Origin: a virus
Taxonomy: Duplodnaviria; Caudoviricetes
DNA: 36,583 nt
IMG/VR virus record: IMGVR_UViG_3300044631_002517
Coordinates: 1-36,583 of that record
Reading direction: 5' to 3' (one strand)
Both the position numbers and the translations under genes were made by a program. Under the pieces are notes generated by a model. It had not been told where the DNA came from. It was given only the letters and a program-made list of their open reading frames with translations, and did not search any database. Numbering within the stretch: position 1 is the stretch's first letter; every line of letters begins with the position of its first letter. Of the stretch, positions 25,690-34,596 are shown in pieces.

Positions 25690-27156
25690 GTGGCCAATCG
25701 TCGTATTTCTGAGCTTTCAGAATTAGCTGGATCAGCTGTAGCGGAGCAGGATTTGCTGACGATGGTCCACGTTGACGAGGTGGACCCCGCACTTAAAAAC
25801 AAGAAAATTACAATTTCTGGTTTCAGGGATTACCTTACAACCAAATACATAACAACTACTGGCGGCACTGTTACAGGCAATGTCTCGATACTAGGAAATT
25901 TAACTGTAACAGGCGCTACCGTTGTTGATACAATTGCAGGCGGTGGCCTTGCGACTTTTAGTGGCGTACTTGTTCAAAACAATTTAACCACAAGTGGTAC
26001 GATCAGTGGTCAGACCATTACCGGTCAGGCGCTTCAATCCACAACAATCAATTCGGCAACAGGTACGTTTACCACGGTTACCGGCGCAACCTCAAATTTT
26101 GTAAGTGGCAACTTCAGCACCCGTCTTTCGGGCGCAACAATTACCGGTAATACGTTACAGACGACATCTGGAGAGTTTAATTTTTTAAGCGGCTCCACGA
26201 TTACTGGTGGTCTGGTCCAGGGCGTTAGTGGTGTTTTCGGTACGCTTGTAACTCCTGTCCTCAACGTAAACGGCAACCTGTCCGTTGCGAGTGGATTAAC
26301 CGTTACCGGCCTTGCTCAATTTGCATCTGGCGTACAAGTCACCGGGACACTATCAGGAACAACAGTTACTGGCACCACCGCGCAATTTGCAAGCATCACT
26401 GGAGTAACTGGCGTATTTACAAGTACGTTATCTGGTGCATCCATTACTGGATCAACTGTTAATGCCACGTTAATTACAGGTGTTTCTGGGACTTTTACGA
26501 CGCGAGTATCGGGTGCAACCGTCACCGGCAACGTAGGCTCTTTTGGTTCAGTCGGTGGCATCTCCGGTGTATTTTCACAGGTTTTATCAGGTGGTGTAAT
26601 TACCGGCGACACAGGTCGTTTTGCGGTAATCACTGGCGTGTCTGGTTTTTACACAAACCTTTCGGGCGTTACCGTTACGGGTGACACTGTACTGGTTACA
26701 AGCATTACAGGTATTTCCGGTGTGTTTACCAGTAGGGTATCTGGTACAACCGTTACAGGTACGACTGCAGCATTTACAAATATTACAGGTGTTTCTGGTG
26801 TATTCACGGCACAAATTTCAGGAACCACAATTACAGGTGTCAGTGGAGCATTTACCTCTTTAACGGGCGTAACCGTTGTAGGCACCACACTTGTCAGCGG
26901 TTTGACAGTTAGCGGCAACACTGTTGCTGGAACAGTTGGTACGTTTATTTCGTTAACGGGCACCACGTTTACATCCACTACTGGCAGCATCACGACCCTC
27001 ACTGGCACGACGGTTTCTGCAACAACCGGACTGTTTCAAACGGTAAGTGGTGTCAGTGGGGTATTTACATCGGGATTAACGTTTAGTGGTCAAACCGTCG
27101 CCACTCAGCCATATGCAGATAACACTGCGATTGTGTTTGCTATTGCTCTAGGCTGA
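25690..27156 (+). CDS. Thr/Gly-repeat tail fibre or spike
   Basis: N-terminal RRISEL motif, 26-aa T/G repeats, C-terminal AIVFAIALG. Confidence 0.75.
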   Translation: MANRRISELSELAGSAVAEQDLLTMVHVDEVDPALKNKKITISGFRDYLTTKYITTTGGTVTGNVSILGNLTVTGATVVDTIAGGGLATFSGVLVQNNLTTSGTISGQTITGQALQSTTINSATGTFTTVTGATSNFVSGNFSTRLSGATITGNTLQTTSGEFNFLSGSTITGGLVQGVSGVFGTLVTPVLNVNGNLSVASGLTVTGLAQFASGVQVTGTLSGTTVTGTTAQFASITGVTGVFTSTLSGASITGSTVNATLITGVSGTFTTRVSGATVTGNVGSFGSVGGISGVFSQVLSGGVITGDTGRFAVITGVSGFYTNLSGVTVTGDTVLVTSITGISGVFTSRVSGTTVTGTTAAFTNITGVSGVFTAQISGTTITGVSGAFTSLTGVTVVGTTLVSGLTVSGNTVAGTVGTFISLTGTTFTSTTGSITTLTGTTVSATTGLFQTVSGVSGVFTSGLTFSGQTVATQPYADNTAIVFAIALG

Positions 27157-27197
27157 AGACCTTATAATTAAGAAAATTGTACTGATATTGTAAATAA

Positions 27198-27569
27198 ATG
27201 GCTCGTTTTATTTCTGTTGTTAGGCGAAGCATTGCTAGCGGTGTCGCGTCGCCGACCGTAATTATTTCTGGTACATCCAATGCAAGCGGCGTTCCTGCTG
27301 GGACTTACGGTGTAATTCTTAGTATCCTTGCTTCTAACACCACTGCTAATTCTCAGAACGTAACTGTTCAACTGATCAAATCTGGCGGAACAATTACAGG
27401 TTCTCTTATTACTTCTGGCACTGTTCCAAACCAGTCTTCTCTTGAATTTATGACAGGGAATAAAGTTATTATTCAATCTGAAGACGTGATTCGAGCCTAC
27501 GCAGGAACCGGTTCTGCTATTGATGTGACCGTTTCCTACATGTTAAACCCGCAAGATAATACGATCTAA
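27198..27569 (+). CDS. Small tail-fibre-associated structural protein
   Basis: 123-aa beta-type protein (VP..SSLE...G.KVI) between fibre genes. Confidence 0.6.
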   Translation: MARFISVVRRSIASGVASPTVIISGTSNASGVPAGTYGVILSILASNTTANSQNVTVQLIKSGGTITGSLITSGTVPNQSSLEFMTGNKVIIQSEDVIRAYAGTGSAIDVTVSYMLNPQDNTI

Positions 27570-27571
27570 TC

Positions 27572-28945
27572 ATGCCATATATTGGAAACGTTACGACTGA
27601 CTTTAATGTCAGCACAGCAAATATTAACAACGGTGCCGTAACGGGTGAAAAACTTTCTGCGCCATTTGATTACGACAGCGGAACTTTTTATCTTGATAAT
27701 AGCAATAACCGAGTAGGTATTGGCACTACCAACCCTCAAGGAATTGTTAATTTAGATAACGCGGATCTTGGTGCCGATACTTGGCTTCGCGTTTCACAAT
27801 CTGGAACAGAAGTATTTTCGATAAGTCAACCCTTAACTTCGGAAATTCGATTTGCCACACCTAACCTTTCTGTTGACCGGGAGTTTACCTGGTATACCAG
27901 AGGAACCGAAAGGTTGCGTATCAATGCAAATGGATCTTTAATTGTTAATTCTGCAGCAGGTGCTGAAGCGTTCACGGCAAGCATCAACGGGAGCGAGGTA
28001 GCCCGCATCGACAGCTCCGGCAGGCTATTAGTTGGCACGTCTACTAGCACAGGCAATTCGCGGCTAGATCAAAAACTTTCCGTTGTCAGCACTTCTACGT
28101 CTGCTGGTGGCATTCGTCTTACTCAGTATGCAGTAGCTAGTACCACAGCTCCTCTTTTGGATTTTCGCAAATCTAGGGGGATAACTGACGGCAGTTTTAC
28201 TAGTGTCGTCGATGGGGATACTCTTGGTTACATCGTGTGGGGTGGGGCAAATGGAACAGATAACGAAAGTCTAGCGGCCACAATTACTTGCCAGGTGGAT
28301 GGAGAGGTTGGCACAGCCGGGGACACGACCGATATGCCGGGCCGCTTGGTCTTCAGTACCACAGCCGACGGATCGAGCAGCCCGACGGAGCGGATGAGGA
28401 TTGGTCAGAACGGACAGTTTACTTTCCAAACCCCAGCAAATCCTGCCTTCGTATTTACAGACACTAATCCCAACAATACTGGCAGTAGAGCCGCTCTCCA
28501 AATTACTACTGGCACTTTCAACACTTCAGACACCACTTCTCTGTATTGTAACTTCCTCAGAGGCGATGGAACGCAACGCGGGAGAATCAGGTCGAACGGC
28601 GCCACCGCTGTTGCCTATGAAACCACTTCCGATTACCGCCTTAAAGAAAATGTAGTCACGCTGAGCAACGGCATTGATCGGCTACAGCAGCTAAAGCCGT
28701 ACAGGTTCAACTTCATCGACGATGGGCCTGACCGAGTAGTTGATGGCTTTATTGCTCACGAAGTGCAAGAAGTAGTGCACGAAGCCGTGGGCGGCACCAA
28801 GGACGCAGTGGATGCCGACGGGAACCCCGTCTACCAAGGCATCGACCAGAGCAAGCTGGTGCCATTGCTGACCGCTGCACTGCAGGAAGCTATCGCCAAG
28901 ATCGAAACCCTCGAGGCCAAAGTTGCAGCCCTTGAGGGAGTGTAG
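27572..28945 (+). CDS. Tail fibre with a C-terminal peptidase S74 intramolecular chaperone
   Basis: MPYIGN start, VGIGTTNP and ERLRI repeats, TSDYRLKENV, GFIAHEVQEV, terminal coiled coil. Confidence 0.88.
   Translation: MPYIGNVTTDFNVSTANINNGAVTGEKLSAPFDYDSGTFYLDNSNNRVGIGTTNPQGIVNLDNADLGADTWLRVSQSGTEVFSISQPLTSEIRFATPNLSVDREFTWYTRGTERLRINANGSLIVNSAAGAEAFTASINGSEVARIDSSGRLLVGTSTSTGNSRLDQKLSVVSTSTSAGGIRLTQYAVASTTAPLLDFRKSRGITDGSFTSVVDGDTLGYIVWGGANGTDNESLAATITCQVDGEVGTAGDTTDMPGRLVFSTTADGSSSPTERMRIGQNGQFTFQTPANPAFVFTDTNPNNTGSRAALQITTGTFNTSDTTSLYCNFLRGDGTQRGRIRSNGATAVAYETTSDYRLKENVVTLSNGIDRLQQLKPYRFNFIDDGPDRVVDGFIAHEVQEVVHEAVGGTKDAVDADGNPVYQGIDQSKLVPLLTAALQEAIAKIETLEAKVAALEGV
28003..28043 (+). repeat. 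41-nt direct repeat, copy 1 (copy 2 at 30291-30331)
   Basis: CCGCATCGACAGCTCCGGCAGGCT(A/C)TTAGTTGGCACGTCTA; one mismatch between copies. Confidence 0.85.
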
Positions 28946-29040
28946 TACTACTCACTACTGGTTCTGTTAAACTAAAAACAACGCTTGTTGAAACCGAATA
29001 AAGTAAAATAAGAACATAAGATTTATGTTCCGTAATAAAA

Positions 29041-31182
29041 ATGTCTTATATTGGGCAGCAGCCGGTTGTTGGACGTTACATCCTCCTGGATCAGATCTCC
29101 GGAGGATTTAATGGAACCGCAACCGGCTTTACAATGGCAGCCGGTGGTCAAGGCGTTCTTCCAGGTCTGGCGCAAAATGTACTACTATCCCTTGGCGGTG
29201 TCATTCAGCAGCCCGGTGTTGACTATTTAATCTCTGGTTCTGGCCTCACATTTACAACTGCACCTGTCTCTGGCACGACATTTTTTGCCACCGTTTTAGG
29301 TGACATGCAAGCGGTTGGTACACCAAGTGATGGAACTGTTTTACCTGCATCTATTGCAAGTTCTGGTACTTTTGTATTCCCAAATGTCACCACTACTGGG
29401 ACAACATTAATTGCATCAGGTACTGCAGCGGCCCCATCTTTAGCCGTAATTGGGGATGTTAATACAGGTCTTTATTCCCCAGGAACTGATCAACTGGCAG
29501 TTTCAACTGGTGGCACGGGGCGGTTGTTTGTTGATGCGAGCGGAAATGTCGAGGTGGGCGCCGCCTCTAATCTTGGATCTCGACTTGGGGTAACTACGAG
29601 CAGTGCTTCTGTTCTAGGTCTTTACCGTACAGCCGTAGGAGAAGCTCGACTTAGCTTTTACAATAACAACGCATCTTCTACTGCGGCACTTGCTGCAAGG
29701 GTTGGTGGATTACTTACTGACGCAACAGCAGGTGCAGAGGCAGGTGCGTTGTTGTTTTCAACAACAAACGCCGGCGCCAGTGGAGAGCGGATGCGCCTGG
29801 ACTCAAGTGGCCGCTTAGGTCTGGGGACTAGCCCTGATCGGCTCCTTCATGTTTCTGCTGCCGATACAGCTTATATCCGACTAGAAAACCAAGATTCCAC
29901 TGGATCAGTAGACCAATACGTTGGCTTGATCGAGTTTGAAGGTCAAGACACTGGCGGCTCTGGCGTAAGAGCGCAGATTGGTGCTATTTACGAAGGAGTT
30001 AGTGGTGCGACTGCGTTTGCTTTTGGGACCTCGGCAGATGGTGGTTCCGTAACTGAGCGCCTTCGCATTAACCGCAACGGCAACGTAGGGATTGGCACTA
30101 CTAGCCCTGGCTTTCCATTAGATGTAAATGGAAGCGGATCGTTCACTGGATCCATGCGTGCCACAAGTACCGGCACCTTTACCGTGCTGCCCGCGGGTGT
30201 ATCTGGTAACTGGACCGGAAGTGGCTTTGCCCTGCAATCAGAGGGCAGCACGGCTCCGATTGGCTTCCTTCAAGGCAGCAGTGAACGTCTCCGCATCGAC
30301 AGCTCCGGCAGGCTCTTAGTTGGCACGTCTAGTGCGTTTATAACCAATAACCTGTCCGCATCTGGCGGCGCCTTTGGACCTCTCCAAGTAGTTGCAACAT
30401 CGACCGCAAACGCAAACACTTTATTGGCCACGTTCCAGTCCTTGGGCTTAGGGCATCAACTTTCTTTTGCTACATCAAGAGGCTCATCGGTCGGAACTAT
30501 TGTTCAGTCAGGAGATACACTTGGGCGAATTGCTTTTTTTGGTGATGACGGCACCGATCTTGTATCCGCAGGAGCAAGTATTGTTGCTGTCGTAGACGGC
30601 ACCCCCGGCGCTGACGACATGCCGGGGAGATTAGTGTTCTCCACTACCGCCGACGGAGCGAGCACCCCGACGGAGCGGCTGCGCATTACTTCTGATGGTA
30701 CTCTTCGTTTATACAACAGCCCCGGCATTGACTTTAGTCAGATTCAAACAAACGCTGCTGGCATGACCAGCGAAACACTGGATTCTTATGAGGAAGGGAC
30801 GTTTACACCGACGATTGTTGGCGTGACAACTGCTGGAACAGGAACTTACATCACTCAAACAGGCCGTTACACAAAGATCGGCAACTGCGTGAGGGTAGAA
30901 ATAAACATTAACTGGACCGCCCACACGGGTACAGGAGCCATGAGGATAAGCGGACTGCCTTTTACATCGCTAAATGTAGCAAGTTCGACTCCTCCCATGA
31001 GCTTCTATTTCAATAACATTGCCATGACTGCATCTAATTATCCGCAACCATATATAAGCAGTAATTCTACGCAGGTTATTATTGCTCAAGCTCCTGTTGG
31101 CGGTGGTGCTGCAACTACTGTGCCAGTGGATACATCAGGAGGAGCCATTTTAATTGCTGGTGTGTATGAAACAGCCACCTAA
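29041..31182 (+). CDS. Tail fibre protein
   Basis: MSYIGQQP start, ER(M/L)RI and GNVGIGT repeats, LDSYEEGTFTP and GRYTKIG C-terminal domain. Confidence 0.85.
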   Translation: MSYIGQQPVVGRYILLDQISGGFNGTATGFTMAAGGQGVLPGLAQNVLLSLGGVIQQPGVDYLISGSGLTFTTAPVSGTTFFATVLGDMQAVGTPSDGTVLPASIASSGTFVFPNVTTTGTTLIASGTAAAPSLAVIGDVNTGLYSPGTDQLAVSTGGTGRLFVDASGNVEVGAASNLGSRLGVTTSSASVLGLYRTAVGEARLSFYNNNASSTAALAARVGGLLTDATAGAEAGALLFSTTNAGASGERMRLDSSGRLGLGTSPDRLLHVSAADTAYIRLENQDSTGSVDQYVGLIEFEGQDTGGSGVRAQIGAIYEGVSGATAFAFGTSADGGSVTERLRINRNGNVGIGTTSPGFPLDVNGSGSFTGSMRATSTGTFTVLPAGVSGNWTGSGFALQSEGSTAPIGFLQGSSERLRIDSSGRLLVGTSSAFITNNLSASGGAFGPLQVVATSTANANTLLATFQSLGLGHQLSFATSRGSSVGTIVQSGDTLGRIAFFGDDGTDLVSAGASIVAVVDGTPGADDMPGRLVFSTTADGASTPTERLRITSDGTLRLYNSPGIDFSQIQTNAAGMTSETLDSYEEGTFTPTIVGVTTAGTGTYITQTGRYTKIGNCVRVEININWTAHTGTGAMRISGLPFTSLNVASSTPPMSFYFNNIAMTASNYPQPYISSNSTQVIIAQAPVGGGAATTVPVDTSGGAILIAGVYETAT
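30291..30331 (+). repeat. 41-nt direct repeat, copy 2
   Basis: Matches 28003-28043 at 40 of 41 positions. Confidence 0.85.
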
Positions 31183-31234
31183 CCCCAGCCTGCAACGGCT
31201 CAAAACTAAGTAAAATACAAAAAACTATTTAAGT

Positions 31235-31558
31235 ATGGCTAACACTGTTTGGGATATTGCCAACATGGACCGTCATCTTCCCGATGGCGAAACTTGTCCT
31301 GATGGCGCCATCTACACTGTCCACTGGACTGCATCCCTGGAAGAAGACGGCGAAACAGCAGGTGCCTATGGCAGCATTGGCCTTGGTGATCCCGACCCCT
31401 CCTCCTTTGTTCCTTTTGATCAGCTGACCAAAGAAGAAGTTGTTGGCTGGGTGCTGTCGGCACTAGGTGTTGATCAGGTTGTTTCTATTGAAGAGGCACT
31501 GCACAACCAAATTCAACAAAAAATTCATCCCACTTCGGCCACTGGTGTTCCTTGGTAA
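31235..31558 (+). CDS. Tail-fibre-associated small acidic protein
   Basis: TVHW...YGSIGL...FVPFDQLTKEEVVGWV...GVPW pattern, typical of genes downstream of phage fibres. Confidence 0.65.
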   Translation: MANTVWDIANMDRHLPDGETCPDGAIYTVHWTASLEEDGETAGAYGSIGLGDPDPSSFVPFDQLTKEEVVGWVLSALGVDQVVSIEEALHNQIQQKIHPTSATGVPW

Positions 31559-31593
31559 TTACTTGCTATACTTTTTGAAGTCACTTGTTTAAC

Positions 31594-31770
31594 ATGGCTT
31601 GCAAAAAGTCTGATCTTATTTCGGCGATTAATTCCTTTGGTTCTGCCCGTGCTACCGGCGATGGCAACCTCATTGCTTTTGCCGGTAACTTGATTGGCCA
31701 ACTCCTGGATACCCTTGAGTTTGAACCCGAAACACCTGAAGAAACCACTGAGACTGAAGTCGTAGAGTGA
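31594..31770 (+). CDS. Hypothetical protein, 58 aa
   Basis: ATG 31594 downstream of TGCTATACT; acidic tail. Confidence 0.55.
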   Translation: MACKKSDLISAINSFGSARATGDGNLIAFAGNLIGQLLDTLEFEPETPEETTETEVVE

Positions 31771-31812
31771 TTTGGTACACCTGATTTAGAGTTAGTAAAA
31801 AGCTCTAGGTCG

Positions 31813-32925
31813 ATGTCCATAAAACTTGTTGAAGCGGCTCGGTACTTCAAAGAACAGCCACATCAAATTGATGCGTGGAATTGGCTCCAGGCTCAGATAC
31901 CCTCTGAGACCCTGGAGTCTTTTGCTATCAAATACCGCGCAGCGCCAAAACCTGTAGAAACCTATCCCAATACTTGGGAAGGCGTGATGAAAGCAGGTAA
32001 GGATGCTGGTGCAAAATACCCTGAATGCGTTGCTGCTCAATGGGCACTTGAATCAAATTGGGGTAAAGACACCTCAGGTACTCATAACTACTACGGCCTT
32101 AAGGGGTCTGGCACTACGGTCAACACACAAGAATTCATCAACGGTCAATGGGTAACAATCAAAGCTGGTTTCATTGATTTCCCCGACCTTTACACCTGCA
32201 CTTGTTACTTAGTTGACCGCTGGTACAAAGACTACGGCACATACAAAGGTGTGAACCGTGCAACAAGCAGGAACAACTGCGCACAGTTATTAGTTACAGA
32301 AGGATACGCTACAGATCCTGGCTACAGCACCAAGCTGATCCAGATTATGGATAAGCAACTTGGTACACCAGGAGGCAATACAACTGATGCAACTACATCT
32401 AAAACACTGTCCGTACCTTACTTTTATCAGCTTGATAATCAGTCTGGTACGGGATATCGCGAGTGCTTTTCTTCGAGTTGTGCCATGGTCGCAGCTTATT
32501 ATGGCTTGGTGAAATCGGATGACGAATACAATAAAATTCGTGCCAAGTACGGAGACACGACCAATAAAGATGCTCAGCTTGCAGCTTTGCGTTCCCTGGG
32601 ACTCAAGGCGACATTCATTACCAACGGCAATGCAGCCCTACTAGAAAATGAAATTCGCAACGGCAGGCCAGTAGCTGTTGGTTGGCTGCACCAGGGGAGC
32701 ATCAACTATCCAACTGGCGGTGGACATTGGACTTGCTGTATTGGATTTACGCCAGATACATTTGTACACAACGATCCAAATGGGGAGGCTGATATGTTAA
32801 ACGGTGGTTACGTTAGTAATTCTGCTGCGCGTGGTAAAGGGGTGAAGTACAGCAGGAAAAATTGGCTGCGCCGCTGGGAATGCGACGGTAATAATACAGG
32901 TTGGGCAATTCTTGTATCAAAGTGA
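31813..32925 (+). CDS. Endolysin: GH73 glucosaminidase plus C39-like cysteine peptidase domain
   Basis: AAQWALESNWG, NYYGLKG, GYATDP; YFYQLDN, RECFSSSCAM, GGHW, HNDP. Confidence 0.85.
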   Translation: MSIKLVEAARYFKEQPHQIDAWNWLQAQIPSETLESFAIKYRAAPKPVETYPNTWEGVMKAGKDAGAKYPECVAAQWALESNWGKDTSGTHNYYGLKGSGTTVNTQEFINGQWVTIKAGFIDFPDLYTCTCYLVDRWYKDYGTYKGVNRATSRNNCAQLLVTEGYATDPGYSTKLIQIMDKQLGTPGGNTTDATTSKTLSVPYFYQLDNQSGTGYRECFSSSCAMVAAYYGLVKSDDEYNKIRAKYGDTTNKDAQLAALRSLGLKATFITNGNAALLENEIRNGRPVAVGWLHQGSINYPTGGGHWTCCIGFTPDTFVHNDPNGEADMLNGGYVSNSAARGKGVKYSRKNWLRRWECDGNNTGWAILVSK

Positions 32926-33083
32926 AACGTAATAAAGATTTAAGAATCCGCATTAACATGTGCTGGGAAGTTGGCGACGAAAAAAAGTGCGCAACCCTCA
33001 GTAAAGAAGAGGCTTACGCAACGAGAAAATGGGTTGAAGACAACGATGGCGTTGTGTTCTGGACGCAGGTATTACCTGACTAA
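32922..33083 (+). CDS. Hypothetical protein, 53 aa
   Basis: GTGA coupling with the endolysin stop. Confidence 0.5.
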   Translation: MKRNKDLRIRINMCWEVGDEKKCATLSKEEAYATRKWVEDNDGVVFWTQVLPD

Positions 33084-33248
33084 TCAGCGCATTTTTGCGC
33101 GACCGATCACCAGGCCGCCAATTTCAATCAACTTATACAGTTTGCGCACAACCCGATCGTCTTTGGGGGTTGGAGTCAACGCGCAAATAGCTGAACATGC
33201 TGCGTGAATAGCAAGAGCTACTTCAAGGTACTGGTTAAGGTGTGCCAT
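33084..33248 (-). CDS. Small membrane protein, holin-like (not in ORF track)
   Basis: MAHLNQYLEVALAIHAACSAICALTPTPKDDRVVRKLYKLIEIGGLVIGRAKMR; hydrophobic helix then TPTPKDD; minus-strand TAGAAT at 33269-33274. Confidence 0.65.
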   Translation of the reverse strand: MAHLNQYLEVALAIHAACSAICALTPTPKDDRVVRKLYKLIEIGGLVIGRAKMR

Positions 33249-33276
33249 GTGTTTATCCTATTTCGTTTATTCTAAT

Positions 33277-33693
33277 TTACTTGCAGTATAAAAAATATTT
33301 GAATTCAGCATTAGCAATCCAAGATTTATCTTCATGTTTTGTAAACCATTTGCGCCAGATTTTAAACTGTTTATCGGAAGCACATGATTCACATACAACC
33401 GTAAGGCAGTCATTTTGAGGAATGGTATTGACCCATATGCGAAGCTGCCGAATAGCAATTGCCTGGGTGCGTGGGCCTACCTTGCCTGTTAAAGTGTTAT
33501 TTAATTGAGCTGCTCGTTTATTGGTTCTTTTGTTTAGCCAATCATTCAATTGTCTTTTTGATTTGCTTACCGCAAGAGATATTAGCCATACGTAGCTTTT
33601 TCCTGTTTTATACCAGGGTAGTAACCGCATTTTCAAATACTGCCCATCTTCTAAGCGGAGGGTCAAAACATGTTTGCGGCGTTTAGTTTTCAT
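33277..33693 (-). CDS. Basic hypothetical protein, 138 aa
   Basis: ATG overlaps the stop of the CP12-like gene. Confidence 0.6.
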   Translation of the reverse strand: MKTKRRKHVLTLRLEDGQYLKMRLLPWYKTGKSYVWLISLAVSKSKRQLNDWLNKRTNKRAAQLNNTLTGKVGPRTQAIAIRQLRIWVNTIPQNDCLTVVCESCASDKQFKIWRKWFTKHEDKSWIANAEFKYFLYCK

Positions 33694-33817
33694 AGATACG
33701 ACACTCTCGCGCCCCTGGATTCAATTCACAGTAAATTTCAAAGTTTGTTTTTTGCTTTTTTGTTTTCTTTTTGGTTTTTGCAAATAAACCTACCAGCCAG
33801 CGATAAAAGGTGGTCAT
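33683..33817 (-). CDS. Truncated CP12-like protein (C-terminal Cys loop only), 44 aa
   Basis: MTTFYRWLVGLFAKTKKKTKKQKTNFEIYCELNPGARECRIYEN; ATGA coupling at 33814-33817. Confidence 0.7.
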   Translation of the reverse strand: MTTFYRWLVGLFAKTKKKTKKQKTNFEIYCELNPGARECRIYEN

Positions 33818-34569
33818 GGTTTTGTTGTCAAAGGAATAAGAACTTCTGGGAAGGGGGCGTAGTCTTGTCGTTCTCTGCGCCAGGCAGTTTGCCATTCTGT
33901 TAAAGAGTGCTCATGGTTTTCGGCACCTGTGTAATTTGGCGTTGTGTCAGCAAGAACAAAACTTTCTTCGGAAATATCTTCATACAGTAATCGACTATAG
34001 TCTTCCAGGAGTAAAACTGGTGTTGGATCCGCAACTTCTATTACAATAGCAACGGCATAATCAAGTGGTTCATTTCGAGTACTTGAAACACATAAAAGAT
34101 ACTCGCCAATTCCCAATGGGTAGTAGCGATCATCACCTTTATCCAGACGGCGTGGGTCGTAAAAATTGTATAGATCTGATTGAGCATTCATAACATGCCC
34201 AACATAAGGATAAAATAAGCTCCCGTCAGTAGATACTGCTACACTATCAGCATCAAAAACACTGCGCCCTTCAATTGGGTACATGTTTAAATCAAAAGCA
34301 GATACCTGAATGTACCTGGGACGCGGTGGCCCCTTAGCAATAATTAGCCAAGCGGGCGTATCAAGTTTTATTTTGAACCAATGATTCATGGTTCCGCCGC
34401 CAAAACCTCCGTTGGAATATTGATTTGTATCAGCACGACCAACAACTTTATTTTCTGGTCCCAATGATCCACGTAGTTCCCTCAACGACGTTTCGTCAAA
34501 AGCGCCGAGAAACAAAGGGTTTTCTTTTGTGCGTTGGCGTTGAGAGGAGCTAGTTGAATAACGGGACAT
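33814..34569 (-). CDS. Hypothetical beta-rich protein, 251 aa
   Basis: Long ORF with minus-strand TAAAAT at 34594-34599 upstream. Confidence 0.6.
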   Translation of the reverse strand: MSRYSTSSSQRQRTKENPLFLGAFDETSLRELRGSLGPENKVVGRADTNQYSNGGFGGGTMNHWFKIKLDTPAWLIIAKGPPRPRYIQVSAFDLNMYPIEGRSVFDADSVAVSTDGSLFYPYVGHVMNAQSDLYNFYDPRRLDKGDDRYYPLGIGEYLLCVSSTRNEPLDYAVAIVIEVADPTPVLLLEDYSRLLYEDISEESFVLADTTPNYTGAENHEHSLTEWQTAWRRERQDYAPFPEVLIPLTTKP

Positions 34570-34596
34570 TATTTACTTATTGCCTTAATTTCTATT

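Noticed and set aside
27572-31182. Diversity-generating retroelement or invertase shufflon acting on the tail fibres
   Set aside because: The repeats are direct, short and internal to coding sequence, with no adenine-biased TR/VR pattern. There is no reverse transcriptase or recombinase in the window.
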